From: the human T2T-CHM13v2.0 reference genome, Homo sapiens
Assembly: GCF_009914755.1 (NCBI RefSeq)
Contig: NC_060927.1
Length of the DNA: 64,000 nucleotides
Direction: 5' to 3' (one strand)
Numbering within the stretch: the first letter of the stretch is position 1; each line of letters begins with the position of its first letter. The notes under the pieces are model-generated. The model made no database searches. It had not been told where the DNA came from and saw only the letters and a program-made list of their open reading frames with translations. The position numbers were made by a program, and so were the translations under genes. Below, piece by piece: positions 16,291-33,587 of this stretch.

Positions 16291-17091
16291 AAAGCAAGCT
16301 AATAGACTGTGTGGTTTTTCACTCTATCAGAACGTACTTCTGACAGTGAATAGTTGTACCGATCAAAGTTGAAAGTTGTCCAGGAAGATATGAAGAACAA
16401 AAGGAGATCAGAAAATTGACAAGAGGGTGATTAAAGTAATTGACCCTAGAATATACATTGTATTGGGAAAAAACATAGGAAAAAATGGACTGAAGTGACA
16501 GGGGAGTTGCCTAAAATGATAACCTGAGTTAGAGTGAAGTATTCCAGCCTTGATTAAATGGAGAGTGATGGGGAAATGGCAGCCATGAGCAAAGCTAGAG
16601 GAGCCACAGTAGTAGGGCATGGAACTTAAAGGAACTGGGGTTTCTCCTAGGGCATGGAGGAGTGATGATCTGGAGTCATCATTGTGAAACAAGGAGGGAA
16701 GCAGCCCAGACTCCGGTGTGACTGATGGATGAGATTGGAGAGAGGTGTGATTTAAGAAGGCTGAAGAGAAAACAATACCGTCAAGGATCACTTTGGTTTC
16801 CTTTAAATTAAGAAACTGGAGGGGCTGTTTAGGAAAAAGATTAAAGAAATTGATGAGATTTTAAGGAGTGCTAATTTTAGAAAATTGGATAAAAGGATTT
16901 TGGAGAGAGAGAAGATATTTTAAGTGAAAAAGCAAGTTTTAGTAAGTAGGTATGATACCGAACATATACATTTATATAAATATTATATATGTGTATGTCA
17001 GACCTTATATCTATATGTGGAAGGACATACAAACCAAAGTCCTAACAATCAGTGTTGGGAAGCCTTCATTATCAATGATTTATAATCCTGA

Positions 17092-17391
17092 TTTTTTTTT
17101 TTTTTTTGAGATGGAGTCTTGCTGTATTGCCCAGACTTCAGTGCAGTGGCGTGATCTTGGCTCACAGCAACCCCCGCCTCCAGGGTTCAAGTGATTCTCC
17201 TGCCTCAACCTCCCAAATAGCTGGGATTACAGGCACGTGCCACCACACCTGCAATTTTTTTGTATTTTTGGTAGAGATGGGGTTTCACCGTGTTAGCCAA
17301 GATGGTCTTGATCTCCTGACCTCGTGATCTGATCTGCCCACCTTGTCTTTCCAAAGTGCTGGGATTACAGGCATGAGCCACAGCGCCCGAC
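17092..17391 (-). mobile_element. AluS (Sc/Sg-like) full length, within an old L1ME-like 3' fragment
   Basis: poly-T, gagatggagtcttgc...gttagccaagatggtcttgatctcc...gcccgacc. Confidence 0.92.
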
Positions 17392-17779
17392 CCTGCTTAT
17401 ACTTTTTTTTATTTTTAGCTGCTATCATGTATTACCTTTGCGATCAGAGTAAATATAATAGAATGTTTTCTAAAACGTACCTGAAGCAAATCAGAGTAAA
17501 TAATTATTGCGCCTTTCGCAAATGTAGGGAGCATCATGAAGCTGTCACAGAATTTTAAAGAGCAGGTGCTAAGAGCGTATACTTCTAGGGGCATGCTTAC
17601 CATTGGACTGAATGATGAGAGTTTGGGGATAAAATTATTTTGTGGGAGGCAGTAAAGTTCAGTGCGATTATACTTTTAAATAAATTTTATTTTCCTTTTT
17701 AAATGAGTCAGGACATCACTCAACTTTCTGAAATGTAAATTTAGCAGTTAAAGATACGGTTTTTCCTAATTCTTAGGTT

Positions 17780-17990
17780 GGGGCAAAAGTATGACAGAAA
17801 GTCGGGATTCAATTCTTTTCTCCACCCCTTACTAATTTTGTGACAATGGGTAAATCACTTGATTTTTCTAAATTGCAGTCTCCTCATCTGTAAGATGGAG
17901 ATAGTAATAGCCACCTATAGGTTTGTTTCTAATAATTAAATAAGACTAAGACTGTGAAGTACAATGCCTGGCGAAGAGTAAGCCCTCAAC
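17780..17990 (+). mobile_element. MIR
   Basis: tgtgacaatgggtaaatcactt...cagtctcctcatctgtaagatggagatagtaatag. Confidence 0.75.
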
Positions 17991-18811
17991 AGAGGGAGGC
18001 TCTTGTTAGCTATTCTTACATGAATTAAGTTTGAAAATGTCTTCAATACTGTCAATTCCTTGTATAATTGTATTACATTTGCAAAAATTTGACAAAAATA
18101 TAAGCAGAATCAAGCTGTAACATGCAAAAAGTTATGCAGTTTGTCAAGAAAATCATTGATCTACTTCACTGATAATTATTGCCTTAAATTAAAAAGACCT
18201 GAAGCTACTCAAACATTTTAAAATCTGGTAAATGTTATCTTAAGTATTCATGTTGGTATTTTCTAGATTAAAATTTATCCTCTTTATAACCTTTCTTTAT
18301 CACATGCTAGGTGTTACAGTATTTTTCTTGCTAAAAAATGTGAAAATGAAACCAGAGACATTTTCAAAAGCCTGCTTTCTGCTCAAAAGAGACTTTCTTC
18401 AAAACTGAAAGCTATAATTCATTGTTTATCTGGGAGAAATTATGAATACTGCCAAATTTTCGGAGATGGAACAGTGAAATTCTGCCTCCAAATCTTCAAA
18501 CACTTCAAAGGCAAAAACATAGTTTTCAGAGGAAAAGAAAAATTCTGAAGAAAACATATCATGGCAATTTCAACCGTTCATTCATTTTTTCAGTGTCATT
18601 ATAAGAACAGCATAAAATTATTTGTTACTGTGCATTGGACCCTATATTGATGACTTCAAATGTATGTTTCCAGACAATGTTCATAGCAAAATTAAATAAA
18701 CCTTGGAATGACTGCTGCAATGGAAGAAGCTGCTACATGAAAGGAATTTTTACAGGCAATACAAACATAAACCCCAAAGTGCAGTTTTACATGAATGACA
18801 TAAAATTCAAC

Positions 18812-18812
<1 letters not shown>

Positions 18813-18856
<44 letters not shown>
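18813..18856. repeat. (TG)n microsatellite, about 22 units
   Basis: Read directly. Confidence 0.97.
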
Positions 18857-18857
<1 letters not shown>

Positions 18858-19360
18858 TCATACCCAGTACTCGCTGGTTTTTATTTAATGTAGCTTTGAA
18901 AAAAAGTCTTGTATCTGTCTCTTGGTAATTATATATTGTTTTGACCTGACCAATCACCACAACAAGCATAGAATGCTGATTTTTTAAATCTATACTGCCT
19001 AAATATTTGTTATATAATGATATCTGGGATGGCAGACATAGATTCAAAGCTCTTATCTATTGAGAATAAATTGTTTTTAAAAAGTATAGAAAATGAACAT
19101 TTTTTCATATTAATAAAAAGAAAGAGATAAATATGAGAGAAGAGCAAAGCAGACATTAATAATCTGTTAGAGGATTTACTTGAGTTTTGGAGTTATTTCA
19201 CGTAACAAATAGGTTTTCTCTTGATTTTCAACAAAAATGGTATTGTTTGACTGATGTACTGGCTCCATGGATCAACAAGAGAAAGTCCAATGATTAATTA
19301 GCTATGTCTGTCATGGGTAAATATGACAAAGTAGAAACAAATGTGCCAAGAAAAGTTTCC

Positions 19361-19539
19361 CCTGTGATTCTCAAAGTGTGGTCTCTGGAGCATCAGCTGC
19401 ACCTGAATACCTTTTAGACATACAAATTATCAGGACCGACTCAAATGTACTGAACCAAAACTGTTGGGACTAGGGCCTAACAATCTGGTTAATATGCCCT
19501 CCGGGTGATTCCAATGCATGCTAACTTTGAGAACTTCTG
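19361..19539 (+). mobile_element. MER5A (hAT-Charlie MITE)
   Basis: gattctcaaagtgtggtctctggagcatcagc...ggtgattccaatgcatgctaactttgagaac; inverted termini. Confidence 0.8.
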
Positions 19540-19964
19540 GGTTAAAGAAGTATCAATCATGAAACTACCTAAATTTATATAATTATCCAAAACAGCATTG
19601 TTTTTGTTTCTTAGCAGAAACTTCTCATTATATTTTCCATTAAAATCATTTTGTTGACTTTTAATTTTCCTGTGCCCTATTTTATTAATCCTTAAACACA
19701 AATTTAAGGTAATTTTGGAGTGGCATGTGTTAAAATTTGTCTTTGGCACCTTATGGCAAAGTGTGATATTTTAGGCTGATAGACATTTTTTACATTCACC
19801 ACAAAGGGCAGTGTTACAAGAAAACTATTGGAAATGACAGAAACTGCATGGAGTCAGGGAATCCTAAAAATGAGTGAAGTACCTGAGATGAGGAGAAATG
19901 AAATAGTAGGAAAGGGTTTTGAAGCATACCCAGAGAGTGGTTCTGACAACTATTAAACTCCTTT

Positions 19965-20375
19965 GTTATCTCACTGCTAACAAACTACTTCCAAACTTTA
20001 GTGTCTTAAGCTAAAGCCATTCTGCATGCTCAAGATTCAGTGGGGTAGAAAGTGGGACAGAGCACAGCAGGAATGGCTTGTCTCTGCTCCATGTGATATA
20101 TGCTGGGGCTAGAATATTCAAGATTATTTCTTCATTCAGATGCCTGGACCCTCAGCTAGGACAGCTTGAAAAGCTGGGGGCTAGCCAGGCCTCAATCTCT
20201 CCAGCAGGTTGGACAGGGCTACCAAGTGGAAGGAGGCAAAACTGCCACTTGAAGAAGGGGCCCCAGGCTGGTACAGAATTAATCTCCCTGTATTCTGTCC
20301 CAATTCAAAAGGTTAGAGAAATAAACTGTACATTCCAATAGAAAAATGATTTGTTGCCGTCTTTAACTCACTACC
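19965..20375 (-). mobile_element. MLT1H/I-like MaLR LTR
   Basis: caaactacttccaaactttagtgtcttaa...acagcaggaatggcttgtctctgctccatg. Confidence 0.65.
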
Positions 20376-20694
20376 CTAATGATTAAATTCTGTTTGAATA
20401 TTTTACTGAGTATTTTGAGAAAACAAAGTAGACTCATTTTGCAGAAATTGCTTTATGTCCATATTTAATGCAATATAAACACATTAAACACTTCAAGACC
20501 ATAATTGTATCTTTCTTAATGTTTGAATTCCCATTTCCTAGTACTGTATCTGGCACACTGTAAGCATTGATTAAATGGATACTGAGAGAATAAATACATT
20601 TGTGAATAAGGATATGTCCATGTCAGCTAGATTATGCAAAAAATAATAATAACCCTCAGGCTGTAATTTCTATTGTTATGATTTCTTTCTAGTT

Positions 20695-21242
20695 TGTTCT
20701 TGATATCTTGGCCATATGCCAATACAGCTACTCTCTAAGAGAGTCCTGATTTGTGGGGAAACTGTCAGGTGAGGCACAACAAGGAAGTGAAACCCAAAAT
20801 GCATAAAATAGAAGAAATCTATTACTCCCAGGTCCTGGGAAGTTTAGGGGTGTCAACAGAAGGCTGACTGGAACCAGCAGGTGAGGACCAAGAGAGCAAG
20901 AAAGACAGACACCAAGCGAAAGAGAGTGAAAGGATTGTGAGACTATTTATTCCTTAGGCTTCGCCTGGGAGCTGTGGATTGTCTAGTCTAAAGAAAACGT
21001 GCCTGAAGCGGGAAACTTAATTACATGACTCTGTTGTTGACCATTAGGTTTTATCATTTAACTATGAGATGTGTTAGATTTTGAATCAGTGAGATGAAGA
21101 ACAAGTACGCTATATTGCAAACAGCCACACAGGGAAGTTTTAACTAGGCCAAAGGTGACAGGGTACAACTGGGTTTCAAGAAAGTTATGCCAGCCTAAAA
21201 ATGAATGCCAAGGCAGCAGCTACATTGAACAAATTTATGACA
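20695..21242 (-). mobile_element. ERVL-class LTR, MER74-like
   Basis: Minus strand begins tgtcataaatttgttcaatgtagctgctgcc...gtaccctgtcacctttggcctagttaaaacttccc, matching my recollection of MER74; exact subfamily uncertain. Confidence 0.65.
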
Positions 21243-21289
21243 CCGTACATCTTACAGCCTGTCTGACTTGGGTGAGTTAAAGCTCTGCT

Positions 21290-21550
21290 TTAAATTGCCA
21301 TCATCGTAGGACCCAGAATGAAGGAGCAGGCACACTTTGCGACATTGTGAGCTTTGTGGAAGATGGAAAAGAGGACATGGTGGAAACCCAAAGGCTCTGA
21401 AGGCTTCTGTTATAATTGGCACACATCCCTTTTGCTTACATCTCATTACACAAAGCAAGCTGATGACCAAGCCTGATATCAAACAGACCAAGATGTATAT
21501 TCTTCCTATAGGGAGGAGGAATAAATATTTTAAATAATAACATTATCCAT
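21290..21550 (-). mobile_element. MLT1J-like LTR fragment
   Basis: ggctctgaaggcttctg...cacacatcccttttgcttacatctcatt...caaagcaagctgatgaccaagcctgatatcaa. Confidence 0.6.
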
Positions 21551-21861
21551 TATGAAAAGATATCTATAGTGATAACATAGACATTATTGCTGGTTTTGTT
21601 TTTTCTGAACAATCACAAGCTTGCAGAAACATCATCTCTTATACAAATTATTAGCATATGATTTTTATATAATATTGTTGTGTATATGCTTTAAAAAGAA
21701 TTCTCAAGATTAATTCATTTCTTGAAAGAGAATTTTGACACATAGCATAATCACAGCAGAATAAGTCTATTAAACTGGGACACTCATAGATAGTGAAAAA
21801 TTGCGAAGTTGATCCTAAAGGCAATCTTTTTGTTGAAGTTAACAGAAAAATAGAAAACAAA

Positions 21862-22804
21862 TGTTAAAGTCTCCCATTATTATTGTGTGGGAGTCTAAGT
21901 CTCTTTGTAGGTCACTCAGGACTTGCTTCATGAATCTGGATGCTCCTGCATTGGGTGCATATATATTTAGGATAGTTAGCTCTTCTTGTTGAATTGATCC
22001 CTTTACCATTATGTAATGGCCTTCTTTGTCTCTTTTGATCTTTGTTGGTTTAAAGTCTGTTTTATCAGAGACTAGGATTGCAACCCCTGCCTTTTTTTGT
22101 TTTCCATTTGCTTGGTAGATCTTCCTCCATCCTTTTATTTTGAGCCTATGTGTGTCTCTGCCCGTGAGATGGGTTTCCTGAATACAGCACACTGATGGGT
22201 CTTGACTCTTTATCCAATTTGCCAGTCTGTGTCTTTTAATTGGAGCATTTAGTTCATTTACATTTAAAGTTAATATTGTTATGTGTGAATTTGATCCTGT
22301 CATTATGATGTTAGCTGGTTATTTTGCTCGTTAGTTGATGCAGTTTCTTCCTAGCCTCAATGGTCTTTACAATTTGGCATGATTTTGCAGTGGCTGGTAC
22401 TGGTTGTTCCTTTCCATGTTTAGTGCTTCCTTCAGGAGCTCTTTTAGGGCAGACCTAGTGGTGACAAAATCTCTCAGCATTTGCTTGTCTGTAAAGTATT
22501 TTATTTCTCCTTCACTTATGAAGCTTAGTTTGGCTGCATATGAAATTCTGGGTTGAAAATTCTTTTCTTTAAGAATGTTGAATATTGGCCCCCAGTCTCT
22601 TCTGGCTTGTAGACTTTCTGCCGAGAGATCTGCTGTTAGTCTGATGGGGCTTCCCTTTGTGGGTAACCCGACCTTTGTCTCTGGCTGCCCTTACCATTTT
22701 TTCCTTCATTTCAACTTTGGTGAATCTGACAATTATGTGTCTTGGAGTTGCTCCTCTCGAGGAGTGTCTTTGTGGTGTTCTCTGTATTTCCTGAATCTGA
22801 ATGT

Positions 22805-22807
<3 letters not shown>
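21862..22807 (-). mobile_element. Inverted 5' segment of twin-primed L1PA3-like element (ORF1 C-terminal half, spacer, ORF2 endonuclease N-terminus)
   Basis: ORF 21839-22303 starts MTGSNSHITILTLN (ORF2p EN); ORF1 stop at about 22367-22369; ORF1 peptide NIQIQEIQRTP at the junction. Confidence 0.95.
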
Positions 22808-26431
<3,624 letters not shown>

Positions 26432-28604
26432 AGAAAAGAAATGTTAAGTCCAAGTCAATAATGTGGTCTGCTTTGACAGCTACTGTCTGAAGCTAAATTG
26501 GCTTGAAGGGATATGTCTGCAGCAAGGGTCAGGCCTGTTGGTGTAGACAAGTTGGTTTGATTTTTAAGTTGCCTTTGTGCCATTCTGGTTTCTATGAATT
26601 TCAGCTTCGCTGTGAATGAAGCATTTCCCCAGAAGCCCTGGGGAAATATTCTGCATGATGCTTGGTGGTTTCAGAAATGGTGGGGACTAATGAAGGATGT
26701 CACATGAAATTGATCTGAGCTTTGCTGAGGCATACTTTGCTCTGTTTTTAAATGCATGCAGTGGGCTATTATTTGGGGGAATTTATCTACCTATGACATT
26801 TATTTCCCACAGGTTTAAAAAAGGGTCTGATTAGCTTCAGAAAATATTTTCAAAGGATTAGACCAAAAGCTGCATGTAACCTGGAAACACGGTAGATCAT
26901 TAACAAATTTCATTTCTTGCCAGATAAATTTACATTCCTTTTCATTTTCTACTTTTGGTTCAAAGGCCACAGTGCCTGGAAAGGAAATAGTCTCTCTAAT
27001 TGCAGATGTTTGTGCCTGCCCAATTACTGCCTTGCCTGTTGCTTTCAAAAGGGAAAATGCAGTTCTGCCAGCCAGAGAACATATTACTACTCTGAAGTTG
27101 GTTGGCAGGTTAGTTTACAGATTAACATTTCGTGGATGCATATTTATGGCCTAGAATCCCAAGTACTCACTTTATAATAGAGCATGTAAGAGAGAGATGA
27201 TAAAGTGGCACAACCCAGCACATCATCCCCATGGCAACTGTATCACAATGAAAAGTTACTGCTGGTGTAAAGACAAAATGCTTTTTTCTGTGGTGCAAAA
27301 TATTACCTTCAAAATCTGCAAACTGGGAAGAGACTCAGATGAGCTATTTCTCTCTCCATTTCTCTTTTTCTTTCTCAATAGTTTTTTTTTTTGTCTTCTC
27401 ACCTTTTCACCAACTTATCCTCTTTTATGTAGCCATGAATTGCCAAGGAAAATGGATATTTTTTTCCTAAACTTTTTTGTCATCCTTAAACTTAAGAGTC
27501 ACAAACGCACTTTAAATAATGCAATTATCAGATAGTAAGGAGGCCATCTCTGAATCACATGGACAACCTAAAGGTCTGGGGCTTTTAATTTCTTCGCAGT
27601 GCTTTGATCCTCCAAATAATGTGTTCTGATTAAAAACACAGAGGAGTATTTGCCTAAAAATTGCTCTGCACCTCTATCACTTGTCTAGGTGAATTGTTCT
27701 GAGCCATAAAAGGGGAAAAGCTTTTATTCATATTGGTAAAAAATGACTGACCAGTTATGTGTATCCAGCATATAGGTGAAAGAAACTGATACTATGAATC
27801 AAGTCTTATTTCCCCCTCACTAGTAAAAAACACAAGTTTCTTGTCCAACATTGCAAACTATGTGTGGAGAAATTGCCAGTTTCCCTAAATCAAAAGCCAG
27901 AAGTCTCCCTTAAACTTGATCCAACTCCTTTACATACTAAATGGCTATTTCTCTTCTAAGTGTGTGGTTATTTCCCTACTTTTCATATGTTAGGAATTCA
28001 AAATGCCCCTAATTTCAGATCATGTTTTGAATCTATTATCTTTTTTATGTGTAGAAAGGGGAAAGAAAAAGTCCCTTTATTGTTGCAACTATATAAATGC
28101 AACTATATATACAACTACATATATATGCACTTATGTCAATATTTTTTGGTAATGTCCACCAAAGGCCTCATGTTTTCAATTTGCTAAGTGGATACTAAAA
28201 ATTAGACAATAACAAGTCAATTAACAGCATTGCCAAGCACTAAATATTTGGCCAGAAATTAATGGTATGTTTGCTTCCACATTTCCAAATTCATCATGAA
28301 GCTTGCTAATCACTTTATGGTCTTCTTTCATTGAGCACAGACACAACCTCAGAATTCTTTTTAACTCAGTTCTCAAAGTAGCCACTATCAATTAATTGGA
28401 ACTAACCCACAACGTAAAAGCCTATTTTCTATTCCCAAACAAAATGATACATTGACTTAAGAAAGGCAATACAGCACTAGGTTAAATCCCTGTCGAAAGT
28501 GTGACTCAATTAATACGATTTCAGCTGCATGAAGAAAATTCAAGCCTTTGGTATTAGATACAAATCCAAAGGAGTCATGGAACACAGCAACAAATAGAAG
28601 TCGC

Positions 28605-28730
28605 TCCTACCGTAGGTGGTAGGCTCCTCAAGGGCAGGGTACCTGAATTATTTATCTTCAGATTCCCAGCTCCCTCTCCAATAATTTGAAATGGTTGGCC
28701 TGAATCAATGCTTGTTCAGTTGAATTGAAA
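28605..28730 (+). mobile_element. L2 3' end
   Basis: aggctcctcaagggcaggg...ttatttatcttcagattcccagc...tcaatgcttgttcagttgaattgaa. Confidence 0.6.
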
Positions 28731-28911
28731 TTCCAGAGAAGCAGACAAAGATAACATGGTATATATAGTCATTCATGAAAATAGGTGAGTACTAAGATAG
28801 ACATGAATCAAGTGACTCTTGATTGAAGCTGTTTTCCCAGTTGCATCATCTATGTTATTTCTTTTGTCTCTTCTACCAATTCTGCCTCTTTCTTTGCCAT
28901 AAGGATGCACA

Positions 28912-29005
28912 CACTTGAGCTCAGGAGTTCAAGGCTGCAGTGAGTTATGATCATGCTACTACACTCCAGCCTGGGTGACAGAGCAACCCCTACTCCCCCA
29001 TAAAA
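28912..29005 (+). mobile_element. FLAM/AluJ monomer 3' fragment inserted in an MLT1 LTR
   Basis: cacttgagctcaggagttcaaggctgcagtgag...ccagcctgggtgacagagc; flanked by repeated ggatgcaca. Confidence 0.8.
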
Positions 29006-29009
29006 TGGA

Positions 29010-29440
29010 TGCACATATGACCTATTTAGCCTAATCTTAGAATCTCAATCCCATGGCTATAGGGATAATGTCCAAGGGATAAGCATACCATCTAAACAAG
29101 ATCAATCGGGTGCTTCACTGGGATTTTTTAAACTGGAGTCTACAAAGAGAAGCCTTCTTTCTCCTCTGGTCATTAAGCTATAAAGACAGTAAATCTTCCA
29201 GTTAACAGACCCTGACTAAAGAGAAAAAAAAAAACAAACCTAGTATGAGATGGTGAAGCAAATAGAAAGAAATAGTTAAGGGCCAAAGAGAGCCATGAGG
29301 AATCTGTTTTTTACTTTTCTGAGCCCAGAAACATCCATGTCCTGTTCCTGGTTTGATCCTGCTGGCTGACACCTCCTTTTTTTATAAGCTAGTTTTGATT
29401 AGATTTCTATTTCTTGCATCCAGAAGAGTTCTATTTAATG
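29010..29440 (+). mobile_element. MLT1K/L-like LTR remnant
   Basis: 3' end ttataagctagttttgattagatttctatttcttgcatccagaagagttct. Confidence 0.55.
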
Positions 29441-29889
29441 TAGTCAACCTTGTGGTTGTTTATCAAGTGGTGTCCAGCAAGTGTGTGAAGTATTTAATCA
29501 AGGAAGTCCAGAAGTTAACAGTATCTGAAGAGCTTTTTAGACAGGCCAGTGGCTAGACTAGAGAGGTGGGAAAGAAGAAAGCAGGACCCTAACTATGTAA
29601 ATGAGGCTTAAAGAGAGAACATCAGTGTTTGAGAGGACCGTCATGAACAAGACAGCACCTTGAACAGAGTGTTCTATCAGGCAAGTTATCAAGAGAGGCA
29701 TTTAGATGCCAAGGAGCTGAGTTAGAGGCTTAGGCACATCTCAGAACAAAGAGAATCCTATCCTAAGACCTGAATAGTGATGTCAGAGCAGGACTAGACA
29801 CAGAATTTCTTGATGCTTTTCTGCTCAATTATTGACTTCATTGTTTTATTCACTGTAGGGTCCAGTAACAGAGCTGCGCTCAGCCTAAA

Positions 29890-32245
29890 GAGGTACCAAG
29901 TCTGGCAGAGGACTAAATGGAATTGGTTTTCAGAAATCCCACCCCTGAAGCTACAAAGCCTCTTCCATTAAAATGAGGGCACTAATTGGGAAGAAATGGG
30001 ATCCGGAAAAGTGGAATGGAAACATATGAAAAGATCTTGATAAATCTGGGGACCTTCAAACATAAAATTCTGTGGACCTCCTTTAGTAGCAGAAGTAGCC
30101 CTTCCATTCTGCCTAAGGAGCTCAGCCGTCATTAGCCTAAAGATCTGTAATAGCCTCCCTTGGCAAGGCACTGCTTGTCCTCTCCAGGAACTACCCTCAT
30201 GACCCTCTTTGCTTTCAGACTTACAATTAGACTCAAATCCCAGCAGAAACCAAAACATGAGGTACAGTTACCTACAAGGAGGCAATGCACATAAAGAACT
30301 ATGTGTTTTTTTCTGATTACATCGACAGAAATTTGAGTGACATTTGTAGGAATAGACATTTAGAATATGGGATTGTGGTGGAAGTGTATAAAATTGGGTC
30401 AGGCTGAATTTATTGATGTGGGCCCACTAAGCATTGATTCTGGATTAAATATTTTATTTCAAGGGGCTAGGGATGACTCTAACATTTGATAGGAGAAATA
30501 TACTAAAATAGGGACCCAGTGATGTTCTGCACTAAATAAAGTCAAAATGCCAAAACTGTCTTATTATACAATAGAGAGAAATATTCAAAGACTTAGAGTG
30601 ATTGGACCGTTAGAATGGAAGTATCAGGTAAGACCTGTGCATTCATCCTAAGAGGGCACAGAGGACACAACTTTTCCCATGACTCTGAGAAATAAATTTG
30701 TGATTCATCCTTGAAAAGCTTTGTGATGGGTCATAAATTATGGTAGGAACCACTATCTTGGACTGGTATCTCTAAAGCCAGTGGGGATAAAGGGGTTCTG
30801 GGGTGTCAGTGGTCAAGAACAAGGTGGGTCTAGTTACCATAGTGGATAGTGTAGCCAAAGTAGTAATCGTAACAGTCGTAACAGTCTGACCCACAGAAAT
30901 CCATAATATTAGCCAGCAGATCATGATGTTTCTAGAGAAGAAATAGATGGTATCTCAGAAGGATAGTGGTGAAAGGAACTCTTTCCATGCACAGAACTTT
31001 GAACAATATACTGGGTTGTTCATTTTCCTGGAAAGAAAATAGCCAGAGGTATGAATCTCTATCAATTTGTGGGCTGTGTCCAATAGTTGGACTGAATGAG
31101 CAAGGACTTGGAGGGAATATAATTAGTAAATTGATGGCAAGGAGGTTTGGTTAAGATATATGTGGATAGATCTTTCCAAGTTGCATAGCATTATAGAGTG
31201 TTAAGATATTCGTGTCCCATGTAAATGGTCACTAAAGAGTGACCTCAGTAAAGGAGAATTTTAGAAATCAAGCGGATGAGACGACCTATTCTATGGATAC
31301 CAGTTAGTGTTTTATCCTGGAAGCTCTTGTCATTACCCAATGGGCTCATGAGGAAAGTCACCATGGTAATAGAAATGGAGGTTATATATGGGCTCAGCAA
31401 CATGGATTTTCGCTGACCAAAGCCAGTGTGATTATGGTCAGTGTTGATTTCTTTAAACAGTGCTGCTTCTTCCACGATGGAAGTTATCAAGTGTAATCAA
31501 CCTATCATGCAGTAGCTGGCTGATCACCCCAAAGAAAGGAGTTGTATCAGCTGCTCAATACTGGCTTTGCCAAAATTTAAATGTTAAAACCCTAATGCTA
31601 ATGTGATTATATGAAAAGGCGGGAAATTTGGGCAGCAATTAGGTCATGAGAGTGGAGCTCTCTCAAATGGCGTTGGTGCCCTTATAAGAAGCGACTAGAG
31701 AACTAGCTAGCTGTCTTTCTGCCATGTGAGGACAAAATGATAAATTGATTGTTTACAATCCAAAAAAGAACCCTCACCAGAACCTGACCATGCTGGCACT
31801 TTATTCTTGGACTTTCAGCCAGTAGAACTGTGAGAAATAAATTTCTATTGTTTATAAGCCACTCATTCTGTGGTACTTTGTCATAACAGCCCCAACTCAA
31901 ACAGTGTGTATATGTATTAAAAGGTATATATGAATGCATTTTTGTGTATATACATACATAAAAATATGTTTTCTTTCCCATTTTATTACTTTGTCATCTA
32001 ACGTAGCTAATAATCATAAACTTTACATCTCAGTTGTTAAGTTACAGCATATCAAAGGAGAATGAAAAGACTGAGGATCACACAATAACTTTGCATCCTC
32101 TTTTGGAGAAATGACTAGCATGATTTTGGTGTTTGCAGGATATTTGTATCATATGAGGAAATAATTTCCTTGTTTATTGTCTTTATTTGGAGATTAAATA
32201 TGGCTTAAGAAGATGTGTTTAGGTGTCAAGTTGATAAGTGGTGGT
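29890..32245 (+). mobile_element. Decayed, internally deleted ERVL internal region (gag, pol RNase H, 3' internal)
   Basis: ggctgaatttattgatgtgggcccactaagc (ERVL gag-like); gatagtggtgaaaggaactctttcc...atgtggatagatc (pol-like); ttgtctttatttggagattaaatatgg...gtcaagttgataagtggtgg immediately before an MLT2 LTR; no intact ORF. Confidence 0.8.
31565..31903 (+). mobile_element. MLT1A0-like LTR nested in the ERVL internal region
   Basis: attaggtcatgagagtggagc...ccctcaccagaacctgaccatgctggcac...agaactgtgagaaataaatttct. Confidence 0.85.
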
Positions 32246-32693
32246 GTGTGATGGCTTTTTTGATGTGTTGACTTGGCTAGGCTATATTATAGTTCCCAGC
32301 TATTCAGTCACATATTAATTTAGGTGTCACTGTGAAGACATTTTGCAAATGTAATTAGAGTGCCTAATCAGTTGACTTTAAGTAAAAGAGGTGATTCTGG
32401 ATGATCTCGGTTTACCTTAAATTTGGACTGAGGCTTCTCCAGGAGAGAGAGGGAGAAAGAGATAGAGGGAAAGAGAGAGAAATTCCACCTGCAGACATTT
32501 GGCTCATTGGCTTACACCTGTAGGTTCCAGTCTTTCTGTGATCTTTCTTTCCTGGATGCCTATCCTACAGAGCACAGAGTTTAAACTTTTGGACTAGCTT
32601 AGCCAGTTGCCAAAAAGATATAAGCCAATTTCATGTAATAAATATATTTTAAAATATACAACACAGATATGCACATATGTATATGTGTGTATG

Positions 32694-32737
<44 letters not shown>

Positions 32738-32778
32738 CTCCTACAGGTTCTGCCTTTCTGGTTAAATCCTGACACATA
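32246..32778 (+). mobile_element. MLT2D/E-like 3' LTR of the ERVL, containing a (TG)n tract at about 32697-32734
   Basis: tgtgatggc...acttggctaggctata...ctaatcagttgactttaagtaa; ends tctcctacaggttctgcctttctgg...cctgac. Confidence 0.85.
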
Positions 32779-33587
32779 GTTTGGGGAATTCCAACCTTGG
32801 CCTCACAGAACAATGTTTAGAAGAGTGGGTTTGAAGCTAAGAGAAAATATGGTAACCAGCATATGGAGTTTTCCATGAAGGGTGGATTAGTGATTCCATA
32901 ACTGCACAAACAGAGGTGGGCTTGGAGAGTGCTGGAAGCTTCCTCTTTTCAGGGGTCTGGAGGAGAAAGGCCCATGTAGGTGACTGTAATGGAAGTCCCT
33001 TCACTCTAGCCATTTAGAAGCAAAATACATGACTGGGTAAGGGTATTATGTGGTTTGTGTGGCCTGGGAGAGAGAGCTCAGTATCTAAAGGACTGTGGGG
33101 TGGGCAGCTGGACCTGTGGTATAGTCCAGAACTTCCAAGGAAAAAACCAGCATAGCATAGGGAAAGAGAGATATTCCTTGCTCCGTCCTTGCTCAGAGGG
33201 CCATGGGAAGACAGCCCTGTGATAGAGGGTGTTGGCTCCCAGGCCTTCCAGAGTCCTCCAGGGCAAGTAGTGCCCCAGGGCCTCTAACTTCTTTCTATTC
33301 CCTGCCATGCTGCTGACAGTGATGGGGTTCACAGGATCAGCAACTATATCAGGATTCATGGCAAAAGCTCTTTATGAAAGTAGTTCATCTGATCCCCAGC
33401 CTCACCAGCAACATTGCAATAGGGACTAGCCTAAAGTAGTATGGGAAACCTGGATATAGAAAAAGAATTGGGGGGATATTCTGGGAGTAGGATGATACTG
33501 CCAGCACATTCTAAGACTCTCAGAAATATTATACCCTTATTCCAGTTATTTTAGTAATTTAAAAAAAACAAAACAAAACAAGAAATA